Shown: positions 8,624 through 18,942, numbered from the stretch's first letter. The stretch: 64,000 nucleotides of DNA from Myxococcota bacterium (GCA_041687695.1 JAWLBL010000014.1:64001-128000); one strand, 5' to 3'. The notes: generated by a model not told the origin, from the letters alone. Made by a program: numbers and translations.

Positions 8624-9394
8624 TCAGCGCGGCAGGAAGCCGAGCGCGACGGGCACCTCGGTGCCGCCGGGGACGCTGACGCGCAGGTCGCCGATCGCGG
8701 CGAAGAGCTGGGCCGACGGGCCGCCGTCCATCATCAGGGCCCAGGCGCAGCCGAGGCCCCCGTCGGCCTCGGGGGTGCGGAAGATGCGCGCGAGCAGGTT
8801 CGACTCGAGCGGCACGGAGCCCGACACGACGACCACCAGCTGCCCGTCCGCCCGGAGGCCGATGGCGGCCCGGCGCGCGGTCTGCGGCTTGAGCGACAGC
8901 GCCTCGCCGGCGACCACCATGCGCGGGCCCACCTGGACGGCGGTCGTGACCTTGGCGTCCGGCTCCCACTCGCGGGTGTGCACGAGGCGCGCCTCATGGC
9001 CTTTGAACGACAGGACGCCCCAGTCGGCCTTGCGCAGGGGGTTCAGCTGGCGCCCCTCGTCGACCAGCAGCCCCAGCGGGCGGGCGTGCTCGTCGAAGAA
9101 CGAGGCGTTGACCGCCAGGGCGGCGCCGGCCTCGCGGGCCAGGGCCTCTACGGTGGCGGTGGCGCGGCCGGCCTGCTGGCGGGCGTCCAGCACACGCGGC
9201 CGCCAGCGCTTCAGATCGACGCGGAAGGCGTGGAGCTTCCACGGCAACCCGAACAGCGACGGGCTGGCGGACAGCTCGCGGTAGGCCAGCCCGGGCGCGA
9301 CCTCGCGCCACTGGGCGGCGGCGGCGGCGGGGGCGGCCAGCGTCATCACGACGAGCAGGGTGAGCAGCCAACGGCCAGGGCGCAGAGCGGGCAC
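8624..9394 (-). CDS. Phosphodiester glycosidase (NAGPA) family exported protein
   Basis: Signal peptide; AVNASFF, QVGPRMV, ARRAAIG and ALMMDGGPS motifs; GTG start with GAGGA RBS. Confidence 0.85.
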   Translation of the reverse strand: MPALRPGRWLLTLLVVMTLAAPAAAAAQWREVAPGLAYRELSASPSLFGLPWKLHAFRVDLKRWRPRVLDARQQAGRATATVEALAREAGAALAVNASFFDEHARPLGLLVDEGRQLNPLRKADWGVLSFKGHEARLVHTREWEPDAKVTTAVQVGPRMVVAGEALSLKPQTARRAAIGLRADGQLVVVVSGSVPLESNLLARIFRTPEADGGLGCAWALMMDGGPSAQLFAAIGDLRVSVPGGTEVPVALGFLPR

Positions 9395-9488
9395 GGCGTT
9401 CCTCGATGGGGTGACGGTCGTCGCCCGTTGTAGCGGAACGCGCCGCGGCGCGCCCGGTCGCGGTCGCCGCGGCCGGGCCGATCGGGCG

Positions 9489-10772
9489 TCAGTGCCCCGG
9501 GTGGGGCGGCTCGAGGCTGAGGTCGGGCGGCGCCTCGCCCGGCGGCTCGGGGGGCGGGACCGGGGCGACCTGGGCGGCGCAGACGTCGTCGGGGGTCCCC
9601 GTCTGGCGGTCGGGGCCATCGGAGCACAGCGTGAAGCCCGGCGCTTCGTCGACCAGCGCGTAACGCAGCGGCCGCTTCCAGGCGTCGTCGAGCGGTCCGA
9701 AGCCCTCGGCGCGGACCAAGGTCTCGAGATCCGGCGGCAGCTGCCCGGTGCGGCGCCGCGTCAGCTCGAGCGCGTTGGCGACGCCCGTGAGCTGCTGGAC
9801 CACCAGCGTGCGGTTCGCCTCGTCGACGCGGCCGTCGAACCAGCTCGCGATGACCTCGGCGCCCGCCCCGACCAGGGCCTTGGCGTCCACGTCCGCGCGG
9901 GCGGTCAGGGCGACGCCGCCGGGGCCCGGCTCGACCTTGGCGTCCTTCAGGAAGGCCTGGACCATCGCGCCCACCTGGCGCCGCAGCTCGGGCGGCAGAC
10001 CGGCGCCGGGCGCGGCGGCCTCGCCCTCCCCGGCCGGCGCCTCGCCCTCGGACAGCGCGGCGACCAGCTTGCGCGCGTCGTCCAGCGCCGCGCCCAGGCG
10101 CGCGTCGACGTCCTCGCCCTCGGCCCACCCGCGCAGCTCGAGCGGGCTGAGCCGCAGCGACAGCGCACCCTGCCGCAGCCCCAGCGCGGGGCGCTCGGCC
10201 GACGCGAAGAGCAGCGGCGCGTCGCGGTCGACCCTCTCCAGCGCGCGCCCGGCGCCGTGGGTCAGGGTCGACGGCGCCTCGGCCGCGTGCACGGCCAGGA
10301 CGGCCTTGACGCCGCGGATGGTGCCGACCGCGAAGTGGTGCTCGTCGAAGGCCACGCCCGCCATGAACGTCCGGCGCCACCCGGGCCGGCCGCCGACCTC
10401 GGCCTGCTGGAAGCCAAAGGCCTGGGCCCGCGCGGCCAGGATCTCGGCCGGCGCCCCACGGGTGCGGAAGACCGCGACCGCGTCGTTGCCGGGCAGCGCT
10501 GCGATGGCCACGCCCTCGGTCTGCTTCCAGACCTCGTCGGAGGTCAGCTCGGCCATGCCGTGCCCGGCGCGCGCGGTCGCCTCCTTGAGCCGCCGCAGCG
10601 CCTCGTCGGTGAAGACCTCGCCCGGCCGCCCGGCGACGACCAGGGTGGAATCGGCCGGCAGCAGGTGGACGGGGGCGCCGGTCGCGCCCGAGGACGCGCG
10701 CAGCCACAGGAGGGCGGCCACGGCCGCCACGAGCAGGGCGGCGATGGCGCCGAGAAGGACCTTGCGATTCAT
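9489..10772 (-). CDS. Membrane-anchored protein with a C-terminal GspG (T2SS pseudopilin)-like domain
   Basis: N-terminal TM; C-terminal GQLPPDLETLV...DDAWKRPLRY...FTLCSDGPDRQTGTPDDV; ATGA overlap with the S9 peptidase gene. Confidence 0.65.
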   Translation of the reverse strand: MNRKVLLGAIAALLVAAVAALLWLRASSGATGAPVHLLPADSTLVVAGRPGEVFTDEALRRLKEATARAGHGMAELTSDEVWKQTEGVAIAALPGNDAVAVFRTRGAPAEILAARAQAFGFQQAEVGGRPGWRRTFMAGVAFDEHHFAVGTIRGVKAVLAVHAAEAPSTLTHGAGRALERVDRDAPLLFASAERPALGLRQGALSLRLSPLELRGWAEGEDVDARLGAALDDARKLVAALSEGEAPAGEGEAAAPGAGLPPELRRQVGAMVQAFLKDAKVEPGPGGVALTARADVDAKALVGAGAEVIASWFDGRVDEANRTLVVQQLTGVANALELTRRRTGQLPPDLETLVRAEGFGPLDDAWKRPLRYALVDEAPGFTLCSDGPDRQTGTPDDVCAAQVAPVPPPEPPGEAPPDLSLEPPHPGH

Positions 10773-12793
10773 CGACCCTCTGCCTCACCGGTCGCGGTCG
10801 CCTGATCCAACAGGTGCCGCTGCCAGAACAGGGCCAGCGCCCCGGTGTAGTAGTCGCGGTTTTTCTTCTTGGAGAAGCCGTGGCCCTCGTCGCGGGCCAG
10901 CAGGTACCACACGGGCGCGCCGCGGCCGCGGACGACCCGCACGATCTGCTCGGACTCGCTGGCGGGCACGCGCGGATCGTTGAGCCCCTGCGTGACGAAC
11001 AGCGGCTTGGTGATGCGGTCGGCCAGGGTCGTCGGGCTGATGGCCTCGAGGAACTTGCGCAGCTTGGGGTCGCGCTCGTCGCCGTACTCGGCGCGGCGAA
11101 GGTCCCGGCGGTATTCCTGGGTGCTCTCGAGGAAGGTCACGAAGTTCGAGATGCCGACGATCTCGGCGCCCGCCCGCAGCCGGTCGGGGTAGCGCGCCAT
11201 CGCGGCGAGGACCATGTAGCCGCCGTAGGAGCCGCCGTAGACGGCGACGCGGCCGGCGTCGAGCTCGGGGCGGGTCTTCACCCAGTCGAGCAGCGCCCCG
11301 ATGTCCTTGACCGAGTCCTCGCGCTTCATCCCGTTGTCGAGCAGCAGGTAGTCCTTGCCGTAGCCGGACGAGCCGCGGACGTTGGGCGCGACGACGGCGA
11401 CGCCCAGCTCGCGCACCCACGACTGCACGACCGACGAGAACCACGGGCGGATCTGCGACTCGGGGCCGCCGTGGATCATCACGACCAGCGGGAAAGGCCC
11501 CGAGCCGGTCGCCGGGCGGTAATAGAAGGCCGGGATGCGGCGCGGCTTGCCGGCGACCTCGTCGAAGGTCGGGAAGTCGACCAGCTCGGGGGCGACGAAG
11601 GCCGAGGGGTCGAGGCCGCCGACCTCGCTCTCGGTCCAGCGGGTGAGCGTTCGGCCGTCCGCGGACAGGGTGAAGACGTCGCCCGGGGTGGCGGCGGCGC
11701 TGAGGCCGAAGGCCAGGGCGTGGCCGTCGGGGGCGAAGCGCAGGCCGGTCAGGACGCCGGCGGGCAGCTCCGGCAGCGGGTCGGGGAGCGGGCGGAGGGT
11801 GGACAGCTGCCACAGGTGCAGGCGCGACAGGCCGCCCTCGTTGACGCTGAAGGCGAGGCGGTCGCCGGCGCGCGAGACGTCCAGGGCCTCGACGTCCCAA
11901 GGGATGCGCTGGGTCAGCCGCTGGACCTTGCCGGTGGCGAGATCGACGCGGGCCAGCTCGCGGAACTGGCCGAAGGCGTCGGTGACGAACAGGACGCCGC
12001 CGCGGCCGTCGTAGGCGGCGGGGCCGTGAGCGACCTTGGGGGCGACCTTGGCCTTGCCGGCGGGCACCAGCGGGCGGGTCTGGCCGGTGGCGGGGTCGAG
12101 CCGGTGCAGGGTGGACTCGTTGATCGAGACATAGTGGCGGACCAGCAGCTCGCGGCCGTCGGGCGCCCAGGCGATGGGCTCCCACATCCCCTGGACCTCG
12201 AGCGCGAGGCGCGGCGGCGCGTCGGTCGCCAGATCCAGGACGTAGACGTCGAAGTCGCGGCCGTTGCGGGCGGTGCCGACCCAGGCCAGCCAGCGGCCGT
12301 CGGGCGAGGCCCGCTTGCTCATGTGGCGCGAGCGCCCGTCGGTGACGCGCTCGGCGCGGCCGCTGGCCTGGTCGAAGAAGAAGACCTGGTAGTTCTCGGA
12401 GCCGCCCTCGTCCTTCGAGAAGAAGAAGCCGTCGCGGCCGGCCCAGGTGGCGGCCAGGATCTCGCGGACGGGCTCGCGCTCGAAGGTCAGCTGGGTGCGG
12501 GCGCCCAGCGGGCTGGCGACGCGGTGGGCCTGCTCGGTGTCGCCGAAGCGGGTGGTGATGAGGAGGCCGCCGCGCGGGCTCCAGTCCTGCAGCGAGGCGC
12601 TGCGTGTGTTCTGGTACTGCAGCAGGCGCTCGGTCAGGGCGGGCGGCAGGTCGGGCATGCCCGAGGCGAACAGCTCGGGGACCACCTCGCGCGCCTCGGG
12701 CGCGGGCGGGGTCCGGGCCTCGCTGCGGGCGAGGGCCTGCGCGGGCAGGGTGAGGGCGATGAGGGCGGCGAGGCTGCGCGTCAGCAGGGTCAC
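10769..12793 (-). CDS. S9 family (prolyl oligopeptidase/acylaminoacyl-like) exported peptidase
   Basis: Beta-propeller plus IHGGPES, GGSYGG, NDPRVP and EGHGF; signal peptide. Confidence 0.93.
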   Translation of the reverse strand: MTLLTRSLAALIALTLPAQALARSEARTPPAPEAREVVPELFASGMPDLPPALTERLLQYQNTRSASLQDWSPRGGLLITTRFGDTEQAHRVASPLGARTQLTFEREPVREILAATWAGRDGFFFSKDEGGSENYQVFFFDQASGRAERVTDGRSRHMSKRASPDGRWLAWVGTARNGRDFDVYVLDLATDAPPRLALEVQGMWEPIAWAPDGRELLVRHYVSINESTLHRLDPATGQTRPLVPAGKAKVAPKVAHGPAAYDGRGGVLFVTDAFGQFRELARVDLATGKVQRLTQRIPWDVEALDVSRAGDRLAFSVNEGGLSRLHLWQLSTLRPLPDPLPELPAGVLTGLRFAPDGHALAFGLSAAATPGDVFTLSADGRTLTRWTESEVGGLDPSAFVAPELVDFPTFDEVAGKPRRIPAFYYRPATGSGPFPLVVMIHGGPESQIRPWFSSVVQSWVRELGVAVVAPNVRGSSGYGKDYLLLDNGMKREDSVKDIGALLDWVKTRPELDAGRVAVYGGSYGGYMVLAAMARYPDRLRAGAEIVGISNFVTFLESTQEYRRDLRRAEYGDERDPKLRKFLEAISPTTLADRITKPLFVTQGLNDPRVPASESEQIVRVVRGRGAPVWYLLARDEGHGFSKKKNRDYYTGALALFWQRHLLDQATATGEAEGR

Positions 12794-12923
12794 GGCGGGC
12801 TCCCAGGCGTCGTCGGGTCGGGAGCGCGGACTATCGCGGCGCGCGAGCCGCCCCGTCAATCCACCACCCCCGCGCCGCCGCTCAACCGCGGCCGGCCGCG
12901 GCGCATTCCGCCCGACGCGCGGC

Positions 12924-14474
12924 TCACGGCCCGACGGCGGCCCTCAGGCGCGCATCGGCCAGCCGCACGTCGACCAGCGCGCGGGCCAGCTCGAGGCGGG
13001 TCTGGGCGCGCTCGAGCTGCGCCTGGACGAGATCGCGGGCGCTGATGGTGCCCTGCCGGAAGGCGGCGGCGCGCGCGCGGTAGACGGCGTCCGCGGCGGC
13101 CAGGCCTTCGCGAGCGGCCTCGGCGGCGGCGCGGGCGCCGACGGCCTCGGCCCGCAGCTGCCCCAGCTCGGTCCGCACCGCGTCCTGCAGGGTGGCCAGC
13201 TCGGCGGCGATCTCCTCGGCCTCGGCGCGCCGCGCCTCCGCCTGGGCCGAGGCGGTCGCCGCGTCGTTGGGCGACCAGGACAGGGTCGCGCTGGCGTCCC
13301 AGGTCGCCCGCCACTCCTCCTGGGCCGGGATGATGCGCGGGTTGGGGTTGGCCAGGTCCGCCCCGAGCTCGAGCGCCAGCACCGGCCACGCGCCGCCCTG
13401 AGCGGCCTCGGCGCGCGCGCGGGCGGCCCGCAGCCCCTCGCGTAGGGCCCGCAGCTCGGCGCGCCCCTGGAGGGCGGCCGCCTCCAGCTCGGCTCGGGGC
13501 GTGACGTCGGCCGCGGCGATGGCGGTGAAGTCCTCGCCCGAGGCCAGCGCCTCGTCCGGGTCCATGCCCAGCAGCACCCGCAGGGCCGTGTCCGCCGCAT
13601 CGGCGCCCGCCGTCGCGCGCGCCAGCGCCAGCCGGGCCAGCGCCAGCTGCACCTCCAGCAGCTCGACCTCGACCCGCGCCAGCACGCCCTCGGCGGCGCG
13701 CCGGGCCGCCTCGTCGCGATGGGACCGGACCTCGGCCACCTCGAGCGCGGCCAGCGCCTCGGCGGCCCGCGCGGTGGCCAGCGCGTAGAAGGCCTCCACC
13801 GCCGCCAGCCCGACCTCGCGCGACTCGGCGCCCTCGCGGGCGCGCGCCGCCGCCTCCTCGGCCCGCGCGGCCCGCAGCGTCGGCCCGAGGCGCAGCCAGG
13901 CGTCCGTCGGGCTCCAGCGCGCCGCCGCCCGCACGACCCGCTGGTTCAAGATGACTGGGAAGCGAAAGCCCGTCTGGGCCAGCTCCCGATCGAGCTGCGC
14001 CTCGAGCAGCGCGCGCACGGCCGGGTCCTGCACCTGCGCGACCAGGGCGCGGGTCTCGGCCACGGCGGCCGGGTCGGGCGGCTCGATGAACGAGGGCGAC
14101 TCGACCTCGCTCAGCCGGGTGTAGGACGCCGTCAGGGTCAGCCTCGGGAGCAGCGCGACCAGCGCCTCCTCGGCCGCCGCGCGCGCCCGCTCGGCCGCCG
14201 CCCGCGCCCCCGCCAGGGCCGGCGCCCGCCGCCGGGCCCGCAGCGCCGCCGCGTCCGCGTCGAGGCCGCCCGGCGTCCCGGTGAGCAGGCGCTCGACGGC
14301 GGCGGCGGGCGGCTCCGGGGGGAGCGCCTGCTGTCCCGCGGCGGGGCGGGCGGCGCCGAGGGCGGCGGCGCAGACGATGACGGACAGGGCGCGCAAGGGA
14401 TGGACCACGCGTGGGGGCGGACGGGGGGCGCATCGGGGCGCTCCTACCTTGACCGCGCAGCCCCGGGCGGCCAA
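12924..14474 (-). CDS. TolC family outer membrane protein
   Basis: Two LLPRLTLTASY / WPVLALELGA strands, helical OEP repeats, FRQGTISARDLVQAQ; true start may be GTG ~14408. Confidence 0.8.
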   Translation of the reverse strand: MAARGCAVKVGAPRCAPRPPPRVVHPLRALSVIVCAAALGAARPAAGQQALPPEPPAAAVERLLTGTPGGLDADAAALRARRRAPALAGARAAAERARAAAEEALVALLPRLTLTASYTRLSEVESPSFIEPPDPAAVAETRALVAQVQDPAVRALLEAQLDRELAQTGFRFPVILNQRVVRAAARWSPTDAWLRLGPTLRAARAEEAAARAREGAESREVGLAAVEAFYALATARAAEALAALEVAEVRSHRDEAARRAAEGVLARVEVELLEVQLALARLALARATAGADAADTALRVLLGMDPDEALASGEDFTAIAAADVTPRAELEAAALQGRAELRALREGLRAARARAEAAQGGAWPVLALELGADLANPNPRIIPAQEEWRATWDASATLSWSPNDAATASAQAEARRAEAEEIAAELATLQDAVRTELGQLRAEAVGARAAAEAAREGLAAADAVYRARAAAFRQGTISARDLVQAQLERAQTRLELARALVDVRLADARLRAAVGP

Positions 14475-14570
14475 TGCTCAGGTCCTGTGCGCTCGGGCGA
14501 ACGGGGCCCCTCCCCTGCCCTCGCGAGCGCCGCCCCGGAAGGCTCCCCCAACCAGACGTCCAGGAACGCG

Positions 14571-15839
14571 ATGACCCGTCGCCGCGTGCTCGTCCTGCTC
14601 GCCACCCTGGTGGTCGCGGCCGCCGCCCTGTGGTGGTGGCTGCGTCCGGCCGAGGTCGGTGTGCTCCCGGTGACGCACGGGACCGCCGTCGAGGCGACCT
14701 GGGCCAGCGGCACCGTCACGCCGGTCGACGCGGCGGACGTCCGAGCGCTGGTGTCGGGCCCCATCGGCGCGCTGTACGTGCAGGAGGGCGACTTCGTGGC
14801 GCCGGGGCAGGTGGTGGCCGAGCTGTACCGGCCCGAGCTGGGGCACGAGGTGGCGGCCCGGCAGGCCGAGCTCGAGGCGGCCGAGGAGCGCCTTCGCAGC
14901 TCGCCCCAGGGCGAGCGCCTCGAGGCCGTGCGACAGGCGCTGGCGACACGGCTGGCGCAGGCGCGGCGGGACGCGCGGCGGCTGGCGGCGCTGGTCTCGG
15001 ACGGGGCGGCAAGTCCCCAGGACGCCGAGCGCGCGCGGGTCGAGGTCCGGTCGCTACAGGCCGAGCTGGAGGCGAACGTGGCCGAGCGCCGCGACCTGAC
15101 GATCGCGCTGGAGACCGAGGCGCAGCGCACACGCGCGGGGACGCTGGCGACCGCGGCGAGGGCGGACGACCGCTTCGTGCGCGCGCCCATCGGCGGGCAG
15201 GTGCTGACGCTGGCGGTCGAGGCCGGCGAGGTGGTCGGCGCCCAGCAGGCGCTGATGCGCGTCGGGTCCACCGAGCGGATGCGGGTGGTGGCCGAGGTGG
15301 ACGAGGCCGACGTGCCGCGGGTGCACCTGGGGACGCGCGCGCTGGTGCGCCTGTATGCGTTCGAGGACCAGGTGCTCGAGGGGACGGTGGTCCACATCGA
15401 CCCGGCGGCCGACGCCCGGCGGCGCACCTTCGGGGTCGACGTCGACCTGCGGGCGCCCCCGTTCGGGGTGCGGCCGGGCATGACCTGCGAGGTGAACCTG
15501 ATCCTGGCCGAGCGGCCGGGCGCCCTGCTGGCGCCGGCGGCGGCGATCCGGGGCGACGTCGATCGCGACGGTGACGAGACGGCCTGGGTGTGGGTGGTCG
15601 ACGGCGGGCGGCTCGCGCGGCGCGAGGTGACGCTGGGGCTGCGCGACCTGGACTGGGTCGAGGTGCGGCGCGGCCTGGCGCTGGGCGAGCGCGTGGCGGT
15701 GACCGTGCCCGAGGACGCCGCCGAGGGCGATCGGGTCGAGGGCGTGCCGGCGCCGACGCCGCCGCGGCCGCTGTCGTCGACGCCCGGGGCGCCGGGGGCG
15801 ACCGACCCGATGACCGACCGCCCGGAGGCCGCCCCGTGA
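14571..15839 (+). CDS. Efflux periplasmic adaptor (MacA/HlyD-like)
   Basis: TM anchor, ASGTVTP, VQEGDFV, RAPIGGQV, VDEADV, RPGMTCEV. Confidence 0.9.
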   Translation: MTRRRVLVLLATLVVAAAALWWWLRPAEVGVLPVTHGTAVEATWASGTVTPVDAADVRALVSGPIGALYVQEGDFVAPGQVVAELYRPELGHEVAARQAELEAAEERLRSSPQGERLEAVRQALATRLAQARRDARRLAALVSDGAASPQDAERARVEVRSLQAELEANVAERRDLTIALETEAQRTRAGTLATAARADDRFVRAPIGGQVLTLAVEAGEVVGAQQALMRVGSTERMRVVAEVDEADVPRVHLGTRALVRLYAFEDQVLEGTVVHIDPAADARRRTFGVDVDLRAPPFGVRPGMTCEVNLILAERPGALLAPAAAIRGDVDRDGDETAWVWVVDGGRLARREVTLGLRDLDWVEVRRGLALGERVAVTVPEDAAEGDRVEGVPAPTPPRPLSSTPGAPGATDPMTDRPEAAP

Positions 15840-17098
15840 ACGGCCGTCGCCTGTCGCTGTTCATCGCGCTGCGCCAGCTGTGGGAGCGCAAGCTGCTCAA
15901 CAGCATCGCGGTGGCCGGCGTGTCGCTGGGCGTGCTGGTGCTCATCGGGATGAGCGGCATGATGCAGGGCTTCCAGCTGAAGTTCCTGAGCGAGATCCTG
16001 CGCGTGTCGCCCCACGTGACGCTGTTCGACAAGGAGCTGCGCGACCGGCCGCGCATGCTCGAGGCGGTCTACCCGGGGCCGCTCGCCGCCCAGGTGCGCC
16101 GCGAGCAACCGACCGACCGCGAGACGCGCATCGAGCGCCCGCGCGACATCATCGCGGCCTTGGAGCGCATGCCCGTCGTCACCGGGGCCTGCCCCACCCT
16201 GTCGGGCCAGGCGGTCGTGACCTTCGGCGCCAAGAGCCAGGGCATCGATCTACGCGGCATCGACCCGGCCACGCAGGAGGCCTGCACGCCGCTCGAGCAG
16301 TTCGTGGTCGAGGGGCGCTGGCGCGGGCTCGACACCTCGGCCGACGGGGCCGCGCTGGGCCTCGAGCTGGCCGAGGAGCTGGGCGCCCGGCTCGGCGACC
16401 GCCTCACCCTGGTCGCCCCCGAGGGCGACACCTACGCGCTGCAGGTCGTCGCCCTGTTCGCGACCGACTTGCCGCAGCTCGACGCCACGCGCGTGTACGT
16501 CTCGCTCGCCAACGCCCAGCTCTACCTGGACCGCCCCAACGTCGTCGGCACCCTCGAGGTCCGCCTGGCCGACCCGGAGGCCGCCCCCGAGGTGGCCGCC
16601 CGCCTCGAGCGCATGACCGGCTACGACGCCGAGAGCTGGCAGGAGGCCAACGCCAACTTCCTGTCGCTGTTCGAGATGCAGAACATCATCATCCGCCTGG
16701 TCATCGGCGCCATCCTCGTCGTCGGCGGCTTCGGCATCCTGGCCATCCAGATCATGATCGTCCTCGAGAAGACGCGCGACATCTCCATCCTGCGCGCCGT
16801 CGGCCTCGAGCGGCGCGACATCCTGCGCGTCTTCCTGCTCCAGGGCCTCGTCGTCTCGCTGGTCGGCGCCCTGTTCGGGGCCGTGCTGGGCTGGCGCCTG
16901 CTCGAGTTCCTCTCGACCCTCGAGGTCCGCTCCGAGGGGCTCGTCAAGAGCACGACCTTCCTCGTGAACAAGGACCCGATGTACTACGTGTGGGGCGTCA
17001 CCTTCGCCCTGCTGACCGGCCTCGTCGCCAGCCTGGTCCCCGCCTGGCGCGCCTCGCGCGTCGAGCCGGTCGAGGTGCTGCGAGGGCGCGGCGGATGA
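15836..17098 (+). CDS. ABC transporter permease (LolC/E / MacB-FtsX family)
   Basis: GVSLGVLVLIGMSGMMQGFQ, VLEKTRDISILRAVG, PAWRASRVEPVEVLRG; GTGA overlap. Confidence 0.9.
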   Translation: MNGRRLSLFIALRQLWERKLLNSIAVAGVSLGVLVLIGMSGMMQGFQLKFLSEILRVSPHVTLFDKELRDRPRMLEAVYPGPLAAQVRREQPTDRETRIERPRDIIAALERMPVVTGACPTLSGQAVVTFGAKSQGIDLRGIDPATQEACTPLEQFVVEGRWRGLDTSADGAALGLELAEELGARLGDRLTLVAPEGDTYALQVVALFATDLPQLDATRVYVSLANAQLYLDRPNVVGTLEVRLADPEAAPEVAARLERMTGYDAESWQEANANFLSLFEMQNIIIRLVIGAILVVGGFGILAIQIMIVLEKTRDISILRAVGLERRDILRVFLLQGLVVSLVGALFGAVLGWRLLEFLSTLEVRSEGLVKSTTFLVNKDPMYYVWGVTFALLTGLVASLVPAWRASRVEPVEVLRGRGG

Positions 17099-17796
17099 CG
17101 GCGGCCCCCCAGCCCGAGCCCCAGCCCCGCCCCGCCCTCGAGGCGCGCCAGCTGGTCCGCGTCCTGGGCGAGAAGGTGAAGACCGAGGTCCTCCACGGGC
17201 TCGATCTCGTCATCGGCCGCGGCGAGTTCGTCGCCATCACCGGCCACAGCGGCTCGGGCAAGAGCACGCTGCTGTACCTGCTCGGGGCCCTCGACCGGCC
17301 CACCTCGGGGCAGGTGCTCGTCGACGGCGTCGACATCGACCGGCTCGACGACGACGGCCGCGCCGCGCTGCGCAACCGCAAGCTCGGCTTCGTCTTCCAG
17401 TTCCACTTCCTGCTGCCCGAGTTCGACGCCGCCGAGAACGTCATGATCCCCATGCTGCGCGGCGGCCTCGAGCCGGCCCAGGCCCGCCGCCGCGCCGAGG
17501 AGGCCCTGGACTTCCTGGACATGAGCGAGTACGCCCGCCGCCGCCCCGACGAGCTGTCGGGCGGGCAGCAGCAGCGCGTCGCCGTCGCCCGCGCCATCGC
17601 CTCCGACCCGCTCATCGTCCTGGCCGACGAGCCGACCGGCAACCTCGACAGCGACAGCGGCGAGCGGGTCATCGCCCTGTTCGAGCGCCTGAACCGCGAG
17701 CGCGGCATGACCATCGTCATGGTCACCCACGACCTGGCCTTCGCCCGGCGCGCCAGGCGCCACGTCGTCCTCAAGGACGGGCGCGTGGTGTCCTGA
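17095..17796 (+). CDS. ABC transporter ATP-binding protein (LolD/MacB-like)
   Basis: GHSGSGKST, LSGGQQQR, LADEPTGNLD, VTHD. Confidence 0.95.
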   Translation: MTAAPQPEPQPRPALEARQLVRVLGEKVKTEVLHGLDLVIGRGEFVAITGHSGSGKSTLLYLLGALDRPTSGQVLVDGVDIDRLDDDGRAALRNRKLGFVFQFHFLLPEFDAAENVMIPMLRGGLEPAQARRRAEEALDFLDMSEYARRRPDELSGGQQQRVAVARAIASDPLIVLADEPTGNLDSDSGERVIALFERLNRERGMTIVMVTHDLAFARRARRHVVLKDGRVVS

Positions 17797-17822
17797 CCGC
17801 CCCCGCGCTACAACGACCGCCC

Positions 17823-18731
17823 ATGGAACCGCTCTCGCTCGACCAGCTGCGCGTCTTCGTCGCCGTCGCCGACGCCGGGGGCTTCGCCGCGGCCGCGCGC
17901 GAGCTCCACCGCGCCCAGTCGGCCGTCAGCTACGCCGTCGCCAACCTCGAGCGCCTGCTCGACGTCACCCTCTTCGACCGCTCGCGCCAGCGCGCCACCC
18001 TGACCGACGCCGGGCACGCCCTGCTCGCCGAGGCCCGCGTCCTGTGCGCCCAGGCGAGCCGCCTGTCCGCGCTCGCCCGCACCTTCCGCGCCGGCGTCGA
18101 GCCCGAGGTCTCCCTGGCCGTGGACGTCGTCTTCCCGACCGACCGCCTGGCCGCCAGCCTCCGCGAGTTCCAGGACCTCTTCCCGGGCGTGCGCCTGGAT
18201 CTGCGCGTCGAGACGATGTGGACCGTCGCCGAGCTGGTCGCCGAGGGCGCCTGCGTCTCGGGCATCTCCGGCCCGGTCCCGCAGCTCCCCGAGGGGCTGG
18301 TGCGCCGCCGCATCCCCGGCTTCCGCATGCTGCCGGTCGCCGCGCCCGACCACCCGCTGAGCGTCTCGCCCGGCCCGTTCCCGCTGGCCGACACCCGCCG
18401 CCACATCCAGCTCGTCCTGTCGGACCCCAGCCGCCTCGCGCGCGGCAGCGAGGGCCCCGGCCTCGCCGGCGGGGCCAGCTGGCGCCTGGGCGACCTGCAC
18501 ACCAAGCACGCCCTGCTGCGCGCCGGCCTGGGCTGGGGCTTCATGCCCGACCACCTCATCGAGGCGGATCTCGCCTCGGGCGCCCTCGTCCGCCTGCCGC
18601 TGGCCGACGCGGACGACCTGCCGACGCCGCTGTACGTCCTGCACCGCTCCGACGCGCCGCCCGGCCCGGCCGCGCGCTGGCTCATCGACCGTCTCTCGGA
18701 CCTGCCGCCGCCTTCCCACCAGGCCAGCTGA
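17823..18731 (+). CDS. LysR family transcriptional regulator
   Basis: LDQLRVFVAVADAGGFAAAARELHRAQSAVSYAVANLE HTH; GLGWGFMP. Confidence 0.95.
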   Translation: MEPLSLDQLRVFVAVADAGGFAAAARELHRAQSAVSYAVANLERLLDVTLFDRSRQRATLTDAGHALLAEARVLCAQASRLSALARTFRAGVEPEVSLAVDVVFPTDRLAASLREFQDLFPGVRLDLRVETMWTVAELVAEGACVSGISGPVPQLPEGLVRRRIPGFRMLPVAAPDHPLSVSPGPFPLADTRRHIQLVLSDPSRLARGSEGPGLAGGASWRLGDLHTKHALLRAGLGWGFMPDHLIEADLASGALVRLPLADADDLPTPLYVLHRSDAPPGPAARWLIDRLSDLPPPSHQAS

Positions 18732-18737
18732 TCGAAA

Positions 18738-18756
18738 CCATCGAACTTTTCGATGG
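18738..18756. promoter_or_regulatory. Putative LysR binding site (ATC-N9-GAT palindrome)
   Basis: Perfect dyad CCATCGAA-CTT-TTCGATGG between lysR and yceI. Confidence 0.6.
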
Positions 18757-18942
18757 GATTCGCTGAACTTTCGTGGGTTCACGGGTGTTCCAGGCTCGTC
18801 CAGAGTGAGCCGTTGCCGGCACCGGCATTGGCCAATGGCCCGTCACGGGCCCACGACATCGGGGCCGCCCACCATCGTCCACGCCGATACCCACCGGGGG
18901 ATCCGCGCGCGGCGGCCCGAGCGACCTCATCCAGGAGCAACC

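Noticed and set aside
8101..8679. + strand ORFs reading through the 22-bp array (LVWHLLRPGLAPTQTWSGTYSD repeats)
   Set aside because: Open only because the + strand unit lacks stop codons; antisense to real genes; no RBS or codon bias
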